Source: Desulfomonilia bacterium (lineage in GTDB: Bacteria > Desulfobacterota > Desulfomonilia > UBA1062). From it: a stretch of 64,000 bases of DNA. Below the pieces are notes generated by a model. It did not search any database, was not told the DNA's origin, and saw only the letters and a list, made by a program, of their open reading frames with translations. Positions 47,270 to 57,869 of the stretch are shown piece by piece; within the stretch, counting starts at the first letter, position 1; each line of letters opens with the position of its first letter. Made by a program: the position numbers and the translations under genes. The DNA lies in the NCBI GenBank assembly GCA_963664325.2, contig CAXXDQ010000004.1, positions 224,001 to 288,000 of the forward strand, given 5' to 3'.

Positions 47270-48717
47270 TGCTGTTCACCACGTTTTGGGAACAGGCGCG
47301 GGGTGGCGCTTACCGGTTTATAAGTGGCAAGGCTCACACATACCATTATGATCAGGCTTGCAATCAGGCTTATTATAATCGGCTCCAGCCACGATACTTT
47401 CATGAACATCTTGACGGCATACAGGCTGACGCAGATTATCGTGGAAATTATGCTGCTGGTGATGGCCCCCTGGCGGGTGGCCTTATCCCAATAGAGCGCC
47501 GCCATAATGGGCACGAACACGGCCGAGACATAGACTGCGAACGCCAGCAGCAGTATGTCGAAGAGGCTCTTCATGAAAAGCGCAAAGACAATCCCCAATG
47601 CCCCTACAATCAGTATGATCAGTTTGGCGGTGAGAAGCAGACCTTTATCCTTCATCTTCGGCCGCAGGGGCTTGACAAGGTCATTGGCCACGGTGGTTCC
47701 GGATATGAGCAGGCAAACGGAGGCCGTGCTCATCATGACCGCCATGAGGCCCGTGAGGCAAAGCCCTTTGACAACCGGCGGCAGATAGTTGACTGCCAGA
47801 ACAGGAATAATGGCGTCCGTCGAACCGTATTTTGCAGTTATATCCGGTATGAGGCCTGCTCCCAGGACGCCCATCAGCACGCATACAACGGACCAGTATA
47901 CATAAACGCCTGCGGTCACGAACATGGAGGTCCGGATCACCCGCGTACTTTTCGCGGCATTCGCACGCTGCCACAGGCCCGGATCTATCATGCAGAAAGT
48001 TGCGTCAATGATAAGAATGGAAATCAGGTAAATGGGGGATAGTCCGCCCATGATATTTCCGGCGTGCGGCTGGAGCAGCGACCATGTCTGGCCGAGCTCA
48101 GTTGACCGCGTCAGGACAACTATCGGCAGGATCAAGCCTATGGAAAGGAGCATGATGGCCGATTGGATAAGGTCGGAGTACACGACGGCGAAAAGCCCTC
48201 CGACCATAGTGTAGAATATCAGTATCACACCGGATAATAGGATGGCGGTGGTATACGTGAGGCCGAATGACTTGCCCACCGCAGTGAAAATCAAACCTAT
48301 GCCGATGATCTGTCCCCCGAATATTGCGATTACGGTCAGGAACATCGCCGCCCCTGTCGCAAGGTCCATGCCCGGGCCGTAGCGTTTGCGCAGCGCTTCC
48401 GGCACCGTCCAGATCCCGATTTCCCTCAGCTTTTTGGAAAAGAACCCGAACAGGATCAGACCGGTAACGTATCCGGCCCCTGCTATGAGAAAGATGATGC
48501 CCGACTCATAGGATTTGCCTGCCTTTCCCATGGTGGAGGCAGCGCCGATGCAGGCACCGACCAGGGTACCGATCATGACAACATATCCCAGTGATTTGCC
48601 CGCCAGCGCGTAGTCTGTAAGATTCTTGGCCTTTCTCCGGAACCACAGCCCGACGCCAAGCATTGCGAGCAGATATCCGAGGATAATGGCCAGGTCGATT
48701 ATACTTACATTCTGCAT
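47266..48717 (-). CDS. Sodium:solute symporter
   Basis: YALAGK, GGLFAVVYSD, WQRANAAKS, MMSTAS. Confidence 0.9.
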   Translation of the reverse strand: MQNVSIIDLAIILGYLLAMLGVGLWFRRKAKNLTDYALAGKSLGYVVMIGTLVGACIGAASTMGKAGKSYESGIIFLIAGAGYVTGLILFGFFSKKLREIGIWTVPEALRKRYGPGMDLATGAAMFLTVIAIFGGQIIGIGLIFTAVGKSFGLTYTTAILLSGVILIFYTMVGGLFAVVYSDLIQSAIMLLSIGLILPIVVLTRSTELGQTWSLLQPHAGNIMGGLSPIYLISILIIDATFCMIDPGLWQRANAAKSTRVIRTSMFVTAGVYVYWSVVCVLMGVLGAGLIPDITAKYGSTDAIIPVLAVNYLPPVVKGLCLTGLMAVMMSTASVCLLISGTTVANDLVKPLRPKMKDKGLLLTAKLIILIVGALGIVFALFMKSLFDILLLAFAVYVSAVFVPIMAALYWDKATRQGAITSSIISTIICVSLYAVKMFMKVSWLEPIIISLIASLIIMVCVSLATYKPVSATPRLFPKRGEQQ

Positions 48718-48841
48718 AACCCTCCCTGTGAATATTTATTTAAGAAATCATCATCGTACCGACAAGCGCCGGACAGCTCCAATCCAATGCGGCCAGCTTC
48801 TTACGATGCTCAATGATTTGTCAATGATGAATGCGACTTTC

Positions 48842-50035
48842 TCAGGGCATATGGATCTTGACCGTCGTTCCGGTGGCATACCGCGCCAGGGCCGCTTCAT
48901 CCAGCTCGACGCCCCAGCCCGTGCCTGCAGGCACTTTCGCCTTTCCGTTACTATAGTCGATCGGAGTGATGATAAGATCGTCTTCGAGCATGATATGCCC
49001 GAACAGCTCGGGATCATGACCCAGCACGTTATACCTGGCGGCGGCAAGATGGATCTGGGCCGCCGAGGCAATACCCAGAGTCTGGTTGTGGATCACGACG
49101 CCCAGGCCCCGCATCTCCGCATAGGTCAAGGCGCGCAAGGCATCAGTAATTCCCCCGGGACGCTCGGTATTGATGCCAACAACACGGATCGCATTCATCT
49201 CGATAAGGGTAACGATATCACTCAGTGAAAAGCATCCTTCATGCGCCATGAGCGGTGTGAGTACATGCTTCTGGACATAGGCCATGCCGAGCCAGTTGGT
49301 GGCAAGCACCGGCTGTTCGGCGACATCAATCCCGAATGGTTCGATGGCGCGGATGGCGCGGATAGCCACATCCGGGGTGTAGGCCTGGTTGTAGTCCACG
49401 CGGAAACGCGCTTCAGCTCCCAGTTTTTCACGCATCAATGAGATGATCTTCACATCCTCGGTAATGCTCCGGCCGAGCTTGAAACGGAATGTGCGTATCC
49501 CGGTCTTCAGAAAATCAAGAGCCAGGGCGGCCATTGTTTCCGCTTCCATTAATGGTATGAGGACTCCCATGGGTACTGCAGCGCCGGCACCACCGCCCAT
49601 AAGACAGCAGGAGGGGCGCTTTGCGATCCGGCCCATCAGATCCCAGGCCGCCATGTCTATCAGCCCCTTGGCGGTTTCATTGCGTGCGACATTATTGTGC
49701 ATGCGGATGCGTATTTGCTCCAGGTTGAACGGGTTTTCACCCAGGACATACAGGTACAGCGCTTCCTTGATCGCAGCAATGATCTGGTCCGGACTCACCC
49801 CGGTCTCAGGCAGCCACACGAATTGCTCTCCCAGTCCGACGGAGCCGTCCTCGGTGATGAGCCTGCAAATGACAAAATCGCCCCCCAGCCACTCCTCTTC
49901 GGCAGGGATCATCATCCCGAGCCCGCCTGCTGACTGCATGGCCTCTCTCACGAAGGCAGGAAAGGGAACCTTTAGGGGAGTTAATTCGATTGCGGTAATG
50001 ACCGGAACATCAGTTGGTCTGTTCATGGTATCCAT
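48842..50035 (-). CDS. Enolase superfamily enzyme (muconate cycloisomerase/dipeptide epimerase-like), atypical active site
   Basis: DMAAWDLMG, RFK, VDYNQ, EQP, AHEG, GTGWGVE. Confidence 0.8.
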   Translation of the reverse strand: MDTMNRPTDVPVITAIELTPLKVPFPAFVREAMQSAGGLGMMIPAEEEWLGGDFVICRLITEDGSVGLGEQFVWLPETGVSPDQIIAAIKEALYLYVLGENPFNLEQIRIRMHNNVARNETAKGLIDMAAWDLMGRIAKRPSCCLMGGGAGAAVPMGVLIPLMEAETMAALALDFLKTGIRTFRFKLGRSITEDVKIISLMREKLGAEARFRVDYNQAYTPDVAIRAIRAIEPFGIDVAEQPVLATNWLGMAYVQKHVLTPLMAHEGCFSLSDIVTLIEMNAIRVVGINTERPGGITDALRALTYAEMRGLGVVIHNQTLGIASAAQIHLAAARYNVLGHDPELFGHIMLEDDLIITPIDYSNGKAKVPAGTGWGVELDEAALARYATGTTVKIHMP

Positions 50036-50380
50036 AACTCATGTCCTCCTTTTTTCGTCATCTGAGAACGTGCAAGTGCTTCAGTATAAGGCTTATGCTC
50101 CGGGTCATAGATGATTATTTGGACACACAATATTCTATATCATTGATATTATTATAGAACAACAGATAAAAACACATTATATAGTTACATATGATCGCTC
50201 ATGCTGCATAAAGAAAGCATAATGAAACAGCAGGAATTCGCTCGTTACTTATGGTTGCATCAAATTTAAAAAATGAATTATGCGAACATATCGATATTAT
50301 ATGATACTTATGTCAGGTAAGATGATGCATCCCCGCCGGCCATAAAAGTTGCCGGCAGGGACTTTCAGAATCAGGCTATT

Positions 50381-50971
50381 TTAAAAGCTGAATCCAAGCG
50401 GGAGTTTGCTTTTCTTTGTCCCTTCTGGGACCCATGCAAGATCCATAATGGTATAGGTTGGATCAACAGTCTTGAAGATCGGAACCACCCTCATGTCCAT
50501 CTCCGGCTCGCCGACAGCCAGATAGCTCATCAGTATCGTGTCCACGCCTTTGAACTCGATATTTATGAACTTGATCGGCTTGTCCAGGACATTGAATGCA
50601 CCCGAGCGCTCACAGACCATGAACGTATGAATCTTTGCGGTTTTCTTTGCGATTTCGGTCATATCGACGACCTTGTTCTTGGCCAGGCAATCCATGCAGA
50701 AAATCCTGAACGGCTGATAAATGGTCCCTTTGGATTCGCACTTGGGATTGTCACAACGCGAGGCCATCAATTTCCCCTTGCTGAGCGATTCAAAGAATAT
50801 CGCCTCACCTCCATAGGAATGGATATAGGTCATGTCTCTCGGATTGGTTACTCCAAGCAGTTTGCCATTGCCGTCCATATCCCTGATGGGAGTATTCGGC
50901 GTTAGATGATGGAAATCCCCTTTTACCTTGTATTTGTTATCTTTAACCGAAACGGTTGCAAAATTTCCCAT
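50381..50971 (-). CDS. Zn-ribbon/OB-fold (DUF35-like) thiolase partner
   Basis: FFESL..GKL, C...C, P..FC..C; immediately downstream of the thiolase. Confidence 0.8.
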   Translation of the reverse strand: MGNFATVSVKDNKYKVKGDFHHLTPNTPIRDMDGNGKLLGVTNPRDMTYIHSYGGEAIFFESLSKGKLMASRCDNPKCESKGTIYQPFRIFCMDCLAKNKVVDMTEIAKKTAKIHTFMVCERSGAFNVLDKPIKFINIEFKGVDTILMSYLAVGEPEMDMRVVPIFKTVDPTYTIMDLAWVPEGTKKSKLPLGFSF

Positions 50972-50983
50972 AGTAATTCTCCT

Positions 50984-52420
50984 TTATGCATCTTTCTTTA
51001 ATAAATGATCAGGGTCCATAAGAATGGTCGCAGTGACATGCGAACCTACACCGGCATGGCTGACTGCAAGCGCCCTTTTCGCGCCCTTGACCTGCAGGTC
51101 CGTCCAGTCTGCTGGCTTCTTCCTGTCGAACGCCTTCCATCTCTTCTCGTCTCCATGGATTTCCGCCCAGCGTCCCCATATCTGTGTGGCGATTTCAAAC
51201 GTCTGCATGATGCCTGTTGCGCCTACAGCATGCATGCAGCCGATCAAGCCTCCCGAAAGGTTTGAAGGCAGCTTGCCGGGTTTGCCGGTCTTGGGATTGG
51301 TATGGTAGCAATCACCGGACTCGACATAGTCTCTGCCGTAGCCGTAAGGCCTGATTCCGACATCTTCATATGTCTGGACATCGCTGATGGTGAAGGCGTC
51401 GTGAAGCTCAATGACATCCAGGTCCCTGGTCGGGTCGATGATGCCTGTCATGCGGTAAGCATAGTATGCCGCCATACGGGCTGCAAGGAAACCCGTGAAT
51501 CCCGGATATCTCTCGCCGCCCGGAAATTTTTTACCGAGGTCTTTATACTGCTTGGCTGTTTCATTCGGAAGCAGGGGAATCGCCATGTCGCGTCTGTCTG
51601 CCGGTCTGAGCGTATGAGAACCCGCTGTAACCCAGATGCGCAACGGCTTGTTCTTTGTGCCCTTTGTCAGTTTCACTGCCGTCTTTTCATCGCAGATTAT
51701 TGCGCATGCAGCTCCCACGCTCATGAGGCATGCATCGAGCGCGCGAAGCGGATAGGCGACAACCGGAGATTTGAGAACGTCTTCAACGGTTATCTTCATC
51801 GGGCTCTGGGCATAGGGGTTCATCCTGGCATATCCGTGATGCTTGACAGATATTTCGGCCAGTGTTCTGCGGAAAGAATCCTCTTCCTTGCCGAATACCT
51901 TCCAGTACTTTTGTGCCATTACGGCATAATACCCTGTGTATATATGGCCGAGAGGGCCTTCCCAGTCCTTATCGGCCGCACAGGAAATAAGGAAATTTCC
52001 TTCATCCGTCGGAACTTCGTCCATGCGCTCCCATCCCATTGCCAGCACGCAATCGGAATATCCTGAAGCGACGGCTTTGGTAGCCTCCCAAAGCGTCGAA
52101 CCGCCTGTTGCCCCGCCGGTCTTTACACCGATATTACCCAGCGGGTCGAGGCCCAGTCTGTCATGAATTACGGCTTCACCCAACAACTGGTCGCCGAAGT
52201 GGTCTGCGAAATGTCCGTAATAGCATGTGTGGATGTACTTCTTCAGCTCCGATGGCTGCATGTTAATGAGCTCCGCTGCCTGCAAAAAGGCATCTACACA
52301 CAACTCCTCCGTGCGCTTATCCGGAAATGCACGGTCGAACTTTGACTGACCAGCGGTAACCAGATAAACCGGCCTCATTAATTTGGGAATCTTCAACTGC
52401 TGTTCACTGAATTTAATCAT
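50984..52420 (-). CDS. Thiolase-domain protein (SCP-x type)
   Basis: NPYAQ, ELHDAFT, NLSGGL, HAVGATG; the usual N-terminal catalytic Cys position reads GGATG. Confidence 0.85.
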   Translation of the reverse strand: MIKFSEQQLKIPKLMRPVYLVTAGQSKFDRAFPDKRTEELCVDAFLQAAELINMQPSELKKYIHTCYYGHFADHFGDQLLGEAVIHDRLGLDPLGNIGVKTGGATGGSTLWEATKAVASGYSDCVLAMGWERMDEVPTDEGNFLISCAADKDWEGPLGHIYTGYYAVMAQKYWKVFGKEEDSFRRTLAEISVKHHGYARMNPYAQSPMKITVEDVLKSPVVAYPLRALDACLMSVGAACAIICDEKTAVKLTKGTKNKPLRIWVTAGSHTLRPADRRDMAIPLLPNETAKQYKDLGKKFPGGERYPGFTGFLAARMAAYYAYRMTGIIDPTRDLDVIELHDAFTISDVQTYEDVGIRPYGYGRDYVESGDCYHTNPKTGKPGKLPSNLSGGLIGCMHAVGATGIMQTFEIATQIWGRWAEIHGDEKRWKAFDRKKPADWTDLQVKGAKRALAVSHAGVGSHVTATILMDPDHLLKKDA

Positions 52421-52512
52421 TCATACACTCCTTTAAAAATTTTATTCTATCTGCTTCGAACTCTTAAAGCCCTCAGCAAGACATTGGCGACTTTTGCAAC
52501 ATACGAAAGGCA

Positions 52513-53061
52513 TTATAATGTCCCTACCCACAATACCACCGAAAGGCTTTTTGATTTGTTGGAAATAATCTGCTTTTCAGGAGACGTCCAGTAATAGTGG
52601 ACGGCATCGCCTATATGCAGAACAGCATTTTCATTTCCGCAGGATATTTCCACCGAACCCTTCAGCACACAAAGTATCTCCTGGCTGTTCTTTATGCCCT
52701 TGCGGCCCGGAATCGAGGCCCCGGGCTCAAGAAGCATGATCGAACTGTCCAGTACCTGCCTCGATTCAGGTGCGTAGAACCTGCGTGTAACAAACCCCGA
52801 TTTCGGAATCTCAGCATCCTCTTCCCACTCGGCCTTTCTTATGACAACGAGACGCTCCTTTTTTTCGGCGTCTCTTATTATATCGCCGGCATTGGTACCG
52901 ATCGCATTACATATCTTGATGAGCGTTTCCACCGATGGCGAACTGACGTCGTTTTCCACCTGAGAAAGAAATCCCTCAGAGATGCCAGCCTTTTCCGCCA
53001 CCTCCTTGAGAATAAACCCTTTTTCCTTTCTTTTTTTTCTGAGCACTGCACCAAGATTCAT
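52513..53061 (-). CDS. XRE-family HTH + cupin transcriptional regulator
   Basis: LKEVAEKAGISEGFLSQVEN...PS; C-terminal cupin. Confidence 0.9.
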   Translation of the reverse strand: MNLGAVLRKKRKEKGFILKEVAEKAGISEGFLSQVENDVSSPSVETLIKICNAIGTNAGDIIRDAEKKERLVVIRKAEWEEDAEIPKSGFVTRRFYAPESRQVLDSSIMLLEPGASIPGRKGIKNSQEILCVLKGSVEISCGNENAVLHIGDAVHYYWTSPEKQIISNKSKSLSVVLWVGTL

Positions 53062-53423
53062 TTAAATCTCCTGTTGATATTTCTTATGTTAATGCCAACA
53101 TATACCATTACTTAATTTTTACTGTCAATTAAGTATTGACAATAACACATTAAATCGTTCATATTTTAACTATTCTGCCTTAATTTTGATTATACCCTGC
53201 CCCTGAGGCGGGTTAAAAATAAGGGAGGTAACCCGTGAAACGAGCAGCTATCACAGTTATTGGTTCAGCCGAATTCTCACCCCTTCCACCGGGTGTTTCA
53301 TGCCGCGAAGACGAAGGCGGACCTTAACAGAATAATATCCGGAATTGGTGCTGGAGCTGATTTTATAAAAATCGGTTAAATCAAAATTACCTATTTTGTA
53401 CCGGAAAAATAAGGAGAAAACAT

Positions 53424-54593
53424 ATGTTATCATTATCATCCGAAGAGTTAATGTTGTCAGAAACAGTTTATAAGTGGGCTGAAAACTACCTGGGCCCGAA
53501 ACAGGAGGAAATAGATGAAGAGGACAAGCTTCCTGAAGATTTTTTCAAGCAGCTTGCAAACCTGGGCATTCTTGGAATCACACTGGGCGAGGCTTATGGC
53601 GGGGCCGGCCAGGGCATCATGATGCAGACATTGGCGGTAGAGCAGATAGCACGCTTCTCGCCCGGTCTGTCCATGACATACGCCGCTCATTCGAATCTGT
53701 GCGCCAACAATATTTACAAGAATGGAAACGAGGCCCAGCGGCATAAATTTCTGCCCCCCATGTGCACGGGCGATTCAATCGGCGCATTGTGCCTGACAGA
53801 ACCGGGTGCGGGTTCCGACGCATTAGGCGGGATGAGGACCACCGCCAAGAAATCCGGCAACAAGTATATCCTGAATGGCACAAAGATGTTCATAACCAAC
53901 GGGAACATCGCCAAGACACACCTTGTTTATGCAAAGACGGCCCCGGAAAAGGGCGCTCACGGCATAAGCGCTTTCATTGTCGACGGGACAAGCAAGGGTG
54001 TAACGGTTTCAAAAAAACTCCGCAAGTGCGGCATGAGGGGCTCGCCGACCGTTGAACTCAGCTACGAGGATGTCGAGGTTCCGCCCGAGAACCTGCTTCT
54101 TGAAGAGAACATGGGCGTGCATGTCGTAACATCCGGTCTTGCATACGAGCGCATAACGCTTTCAGGAAATTCCCTCGGAACCGCCGAGCAGGGGCTGCAG
54201 TATTCCATCAAGTATGCAAAGGAGCGCGAACAGTTCGGCAAACAGCTCAAGGACTTCGAGATGATTCAGCAGAAACTGGCCGATATGTACTGTCTGGTCG
54301 AGGCGTCCCGCGGACTGGTTTACAAGGCGGCCCGCTTTGCCGACGGCCCGGGTGGAAAGAAAGGCGGAAAAGGTACTGTGCTCGACAAACTTGCGGCGGC
54401 GGCAATCCTGTTTGCTGCGGAATCGGCCACAAAGGTATGCTGCGACGGCATTCAGATTCACGGCGGCTACGGATATTGTCTCGAATACCCTATACAAAAG
54501 CTCTGGCGCGATGCCAAACTTCTTGAAATCGGGGCAGGCACTTCCGAGATCAGAAGAATAATCATTGCAAGAGAGTTGTGCAGAGATATATAA
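53424..54593 (+). CDS. Acyl-CoA dehydrogenase, isovaleryl-CoA dehydrogenase-like
   Basis: AHSNLC, TEPGAGSD, NGTKMFITNG, GMRGSPT, HGGYGY, EIGAGTSEIRR. Confidence 0.88.
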   Translation: MLSLSSEELMLSETVYKWAENYLGPKQEEIDEEDKLPEDFFKQLANLGILGITLGEAYGGAGQGIMMQTLAVEQIARFSPGLSMTYAAHSNLCANNIYKNGNEAQRHKFLPPMCTGDSIGALCLTEPGAGSDALGGMRTTAKKSGNKYILNGTKMFITNGNIAKTHLVYAKTAPEKGAHGISAFIVDGTSKGVTVSKKLRKCGMRGSPTVELSYEDVEVPPENLLLEENMGVHVVTSGLAYERITLSGNSLGTAEQGLQYSIKYAKEREQFGKQLKDFEMIQQKLADMYCLVEASRGLVYKAARFADGPGGKKGGKGTVLDKLAAAAILFAAESATKVCCDGIQIHGGYGYCLEYPIQKLWRDAKLLEIGAGTSEIRRIIIARELCRDI

Positions 54594-54715
54594 ATGATAT
54601 AGTGTATGTGTGGCATGAAGGTTGGACTTCAGGGAAGGAAAGCCCAGCCGGCATATAAAAAACAGCAAAGAGGCGCATCATTCATGTGCCTCTTTTTTTA
54701 TCTTTGGAGGAAGCT

Positions 54716-56407
54716 ATGGGCAACTCAAAAAACGGCGTATCAAGAAGGGAATTTTTAAAGAAGGCCGGGGGCGCAGCAGCCTTGTGCGCCGGCGCCGCCT
54801 TTATTCCGGGAATTTCTCTGGCAAACGACAGTGCAAATCTTTTTTCCGGACAGGCAGTCAATGCCGACATGGATATACTGATAACAAACGGTCTTATCTA
54901 TGACGGGTCACTGAACGAGCCGATGATAGCTGATATCGGCATCATAAAAGATAAAATAGTCGCCATTGGAAAAATAACCGGCAAGGCCGGAAAAACAATC
55001 GATGCCGCAGGTTTCATAGTAACGCCCGGTTTTATCGATGTGCATACCCATTGCGACCTGACATGGTCAAGGGCAGGCTACATGCGCGCTCTCTCTCATG
55101 TGATGCCAAGCTGGAAAGGCAACTATAACTATATATCCCAGGGTGTAACGAGCGTTGTTACCGGCAATTGCGGAATGGGGTATGCAGATGCGGACTACTG
55201 GCTCAAAATCATCGAGGGCCTTGACTTCGGGTCAAATGTCTATCATCTCGCCCCTCACGGAGCCATAAGAGAAGAGATGTTCGGGACAGAGGTCCGTCCG
55301 GTGCTTTCGACTGCCCAGCTTGACAACCTGAAGGCAAGATTCGCTGATGAGATGTCAAAAGGCACGGTGGGATTTTCATCCGGCCTAGGTTATGCCCCTG
55401 GAGTTTACACGTCGACGGAGGAGATCATTGCCATAGCAAAGGTGGTAAAAAATTATGGCGGATTATATGCAACCCATATCAGGGACGAGTCCGGCGCTAT
55501 CATGCCTTCGGGTCTGCCGGGAGATGTCGAATCAATAAAAGAGGCTATTGAAATCGGCAAACGCGCCGAAATTCCTGTTCAGATATCGCATCTCAAGATT
55601 GCCTGCCCCATTAACGGCCTGAAATCGGAAACGATACTCGGCCTTATAGAAAAGGCCAGGAGCGAAGGCCTGACCGTACATGCGGACCAATACCCTTATG
55701 CCGCAGGTTCAACAACTATCTCAATACTTCTTCCTGCTGAATTCCTTTCCAGTTCAGGTATAAAAGACATCTATAAAACAAAAGAAGGACAAAAATCAGT
55801 CAAGGCTGCAATCATTAAAGTCTTCGAATTTCTGCCTCCTGAAAAAACTCTTATAACCCTTGATGAAAAGACTCCTTCCAACGAAGGGAAAACCCTACTT
55901 GATATTTCCCGTGAGACAGGTAAATCACCGGAAGACGTCTATGTAGGGATGGTTTGCGAAAGCGAATCCCCTGTAGGCGTATTTTTCGATCAGGACGAAT
56001 CGGTTGTAAAAAGTCTTATGCCCCGGGATTATGTCATGACCGCCTCCGACGGGTTCACCATCCCGAAGGACATGCTCAAGCCCCATCCGAGATTGTATGG
56101 GACATTCCCGAGGAAGATCAGGAAATATGTCTTTGATGAAAAAGTCATTGGGCTTAAAGAGGCCATCGTTTCAATGACATCTCTTCCAGCAGAGAAATTC
56201 AGATTGAAGGGCAGGGGCAGAATTGCTGAAGGCAATTTCGCAGACATAGCAGTAATAGACCTGAATACTGTTAAAGACTGTGCTACTTACACAAACCCTC
56301 ATCAATATTCCAAGGGAATCGAATACCTGCTTGTAAACGGTGTGGTCTCGATAGATAAAGGAGGCTTCACGGCCAAACGCGGAGGCAAGGCCGTCAGAAA
56401 GGGCTGA
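54716..56407 (+). CDS. Tat-exported N-acyl-D-amino acid deacylase family amidohydrolase
   Basis: SRREFLK Tat signal, PGFIDVHTH, GNCG, HIRDE, SHLK, DQYPY, HPRLYGTFPR. Confidence 0.87.
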   Translation: MGNSKNGVSRREFLKKAGGAAALCAGAAFIPGISLANDSANLFSGQAVNADMDILITNGLIYDGSLNEPMIADIGIIKDKIVAIGKITGKAGKTIDAAGFIVTPGFIDVHTHCDLTWSRAGYMRALSHVMPSWKGNYNYISQGVTSVVTGNCGMGYADADYWLKIIEGLDFGSNVYHLAPHGAIREEMFGTEVRPVLSTAQLDNLKARFADEMSKGTVGFSSGLGYAPGVYTSTEEIIAIAKVVKNYGGLYATHIRDESGAIMPSGLPGDVESIKEAIEIGKRAEIPVQISHLKIACPINGLKSETILGLIEKARSEGLTVHADQYPYAAGSTTISILLPAEFLSSSGIKDIYKTKEGQKSVKAAIIKVFEFLPPEKTLITLDEKTPSNEGKTLLDISRETGKSPEDVYVGMVCESESPVGVFFDQDESVVKSLMPRDYVMTASDGFTIPKDMLKPHPRLYGTFPRKIRKYVFDEKVIGLKEAIVSMTSLPAEKFRLKGRGRIAEGNFADIAVIDLNTVKDCATYTNPHQYSKGIEYLLVNGVVSIDKGGFTAKRGGKAVRKG

Positions 56408-56445
56408 TAAAGAAACTCCTTCAAGCCTCCACTGACTATTGGGCG

Positions 56446-57849
56446 TCAGCTTGAAAGGCGTCTTACATATTTTGCATAATTAATAAAATGCGAAAGCGCC
56501 TTAAAGCCAATGTCCGGCTGCTCCATGACATGTATATTCAGGCCGTTGAAGAATTCCCGCGCATATGCGTTCACTTCTCTGAACGCAATAGGCACGACAG
56601 TCTTAGATAAAGAACCGGAATACCTTAAAAATGCGCTGTTGATACGAGGCGAGAAAATATCGTCAGGACCTGGGGGCGATATGCACAAAGGTGCAATTAT
56701 CGAGATGCGGTTCTCTTCAAGCAGGACATCGAAAACCGGATCCAGACCGGACTGAAAGCCCGAGCCGGTAACGTCAAGGGGGTTGTCAGGCTGTGCGAAT
56801 TCGGGAAGGATTTTCTTGAGCTTCTCAATAGTATCACCGCTCAGTTCGGGCAGGCGGATCCCGTATTTTTCACACAAGTCCGCATACATTCCGCAAAGTC
56901 CACCCGACAGCGTGTATATGCATAGCCCATCGCCATCCGGTATCCTGCACCTTGAAAAAAAGGAAGCCGTCTCTACCATCTCTTCTATCGAATCAACCCT
57001 TATAATGCCGAGCTGCCTCAAGGCGCTGTCAACAATCGCATCATCTCCGGCGAGAGCTCCGGTATGCGAACTGGCCAGATTTATCCCACGTGACGATCTG
57101 CCCACCTTTACAATGATTATCGGAATGGCCTTTGATGCTGCGGTTTTTGCAATTGCTTTCAGTTTCGTTATATCCCTGAAGCCTTCAAAAAAAGCCGTGA
57201 TTATCTTTGTTGAGGCATCGTTCACAAGGAATTCCATGATATCTTCGGCTGCAAGTACAGCCTCGTTTCCAGTCGTAGAATAAATCGAAATGCCCAGGCC
57301 TTTGACTATGAGTTTGCTCACGAGGATCTCGCTTGTTGCACCGCTCTGGGCGATAACGCCAATGCCGCCCGGGACCGGCACCCCTTCAACCGAACCCCCG
57401 ACAAAGACACTTGAGTGCGAGTGAGGGTTGATAAAACCGAGACAGTTGGGACCCATAAGCAGGATATCGTTCTCTTTGCAGAACCGTGAGAGATCCGACT
57501 GCATGGCCCTGCCCGGTTCTCCGGTCTCGGCATAGCCTGAAGTAAGCAGCAGAATATTCTTTATTCCTATAGAAAGAAGTTTGCGTAGCGTATCTTTTAC
57601 AAGTGAGGCCTTGACCATGACGACACCGAAATCAAAAGGGGCCTTCGGGAGAACCTCAATGCTCCTGTATGCTTTTATTCCCGTCACCTCGTCGGCAGAC
57701 GGGTTTACCGGGTAGAAGGTCCCGTCGAACCCGAGAGTGGCGGCATTCATAACAGCATTGGCAAACCAGAAATTTTTCGTGCTGGCGCCGACGACTACAA
57801 TATGACGGGGCGAGAAAAACTGTCCAAGTCTTTGGTATGAATTATCCAT
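56446..57849 (-). CDS. Acyl-CoA synthetase (NDP-forming), CoA-binding subunit
   Basis: MGPNCLG, QSGA, TGNEA, SHTGALAG, NPLD. Confidence 0.87.
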   Translation of the reverse strand: MDNSYQRLGQFFSPRHIVVVGASTKNFWFANAVMNAATLGFDGTFYPVNPSADEVTGIKAYRSIEVLPKAPFDFGVVMVKASLVKDTLRKLLSIGIKNILLLTSGYAETGEPGRAMQSDLSRFCKENDILLMGPNCLGFINPHSHSSVFVGGSVEGVPVPGGIGVIAQSGATSEILVSKLIVKGLGISIYSTTGNEAVLAAEDIMEFLVNDASTKIITAFFEGFRDITKLKAIAKTAASKAIPIIIVKVGRSSRGINLASSHTGALAGDDAIVDSALRQLGIIRVDSIEEMVETASFFSRCRIPDGDGLCIYTLSGGLCGMYADLCEKYGIRLPELSGDTIEKLKKILPEFAQPDNPLDVTGSGFQSGLDPVFDVLLEENRISIIAPLCISPPGPDDIFSPRINSAFLRYSGSLSKTVVPIAFREVNAYAREFFNGLNIHVMEQPDIGFKALSHFINYAKYVRRLSS

Positions 57850-57869
57850 CAGATCTCCAGTAACCGGAT

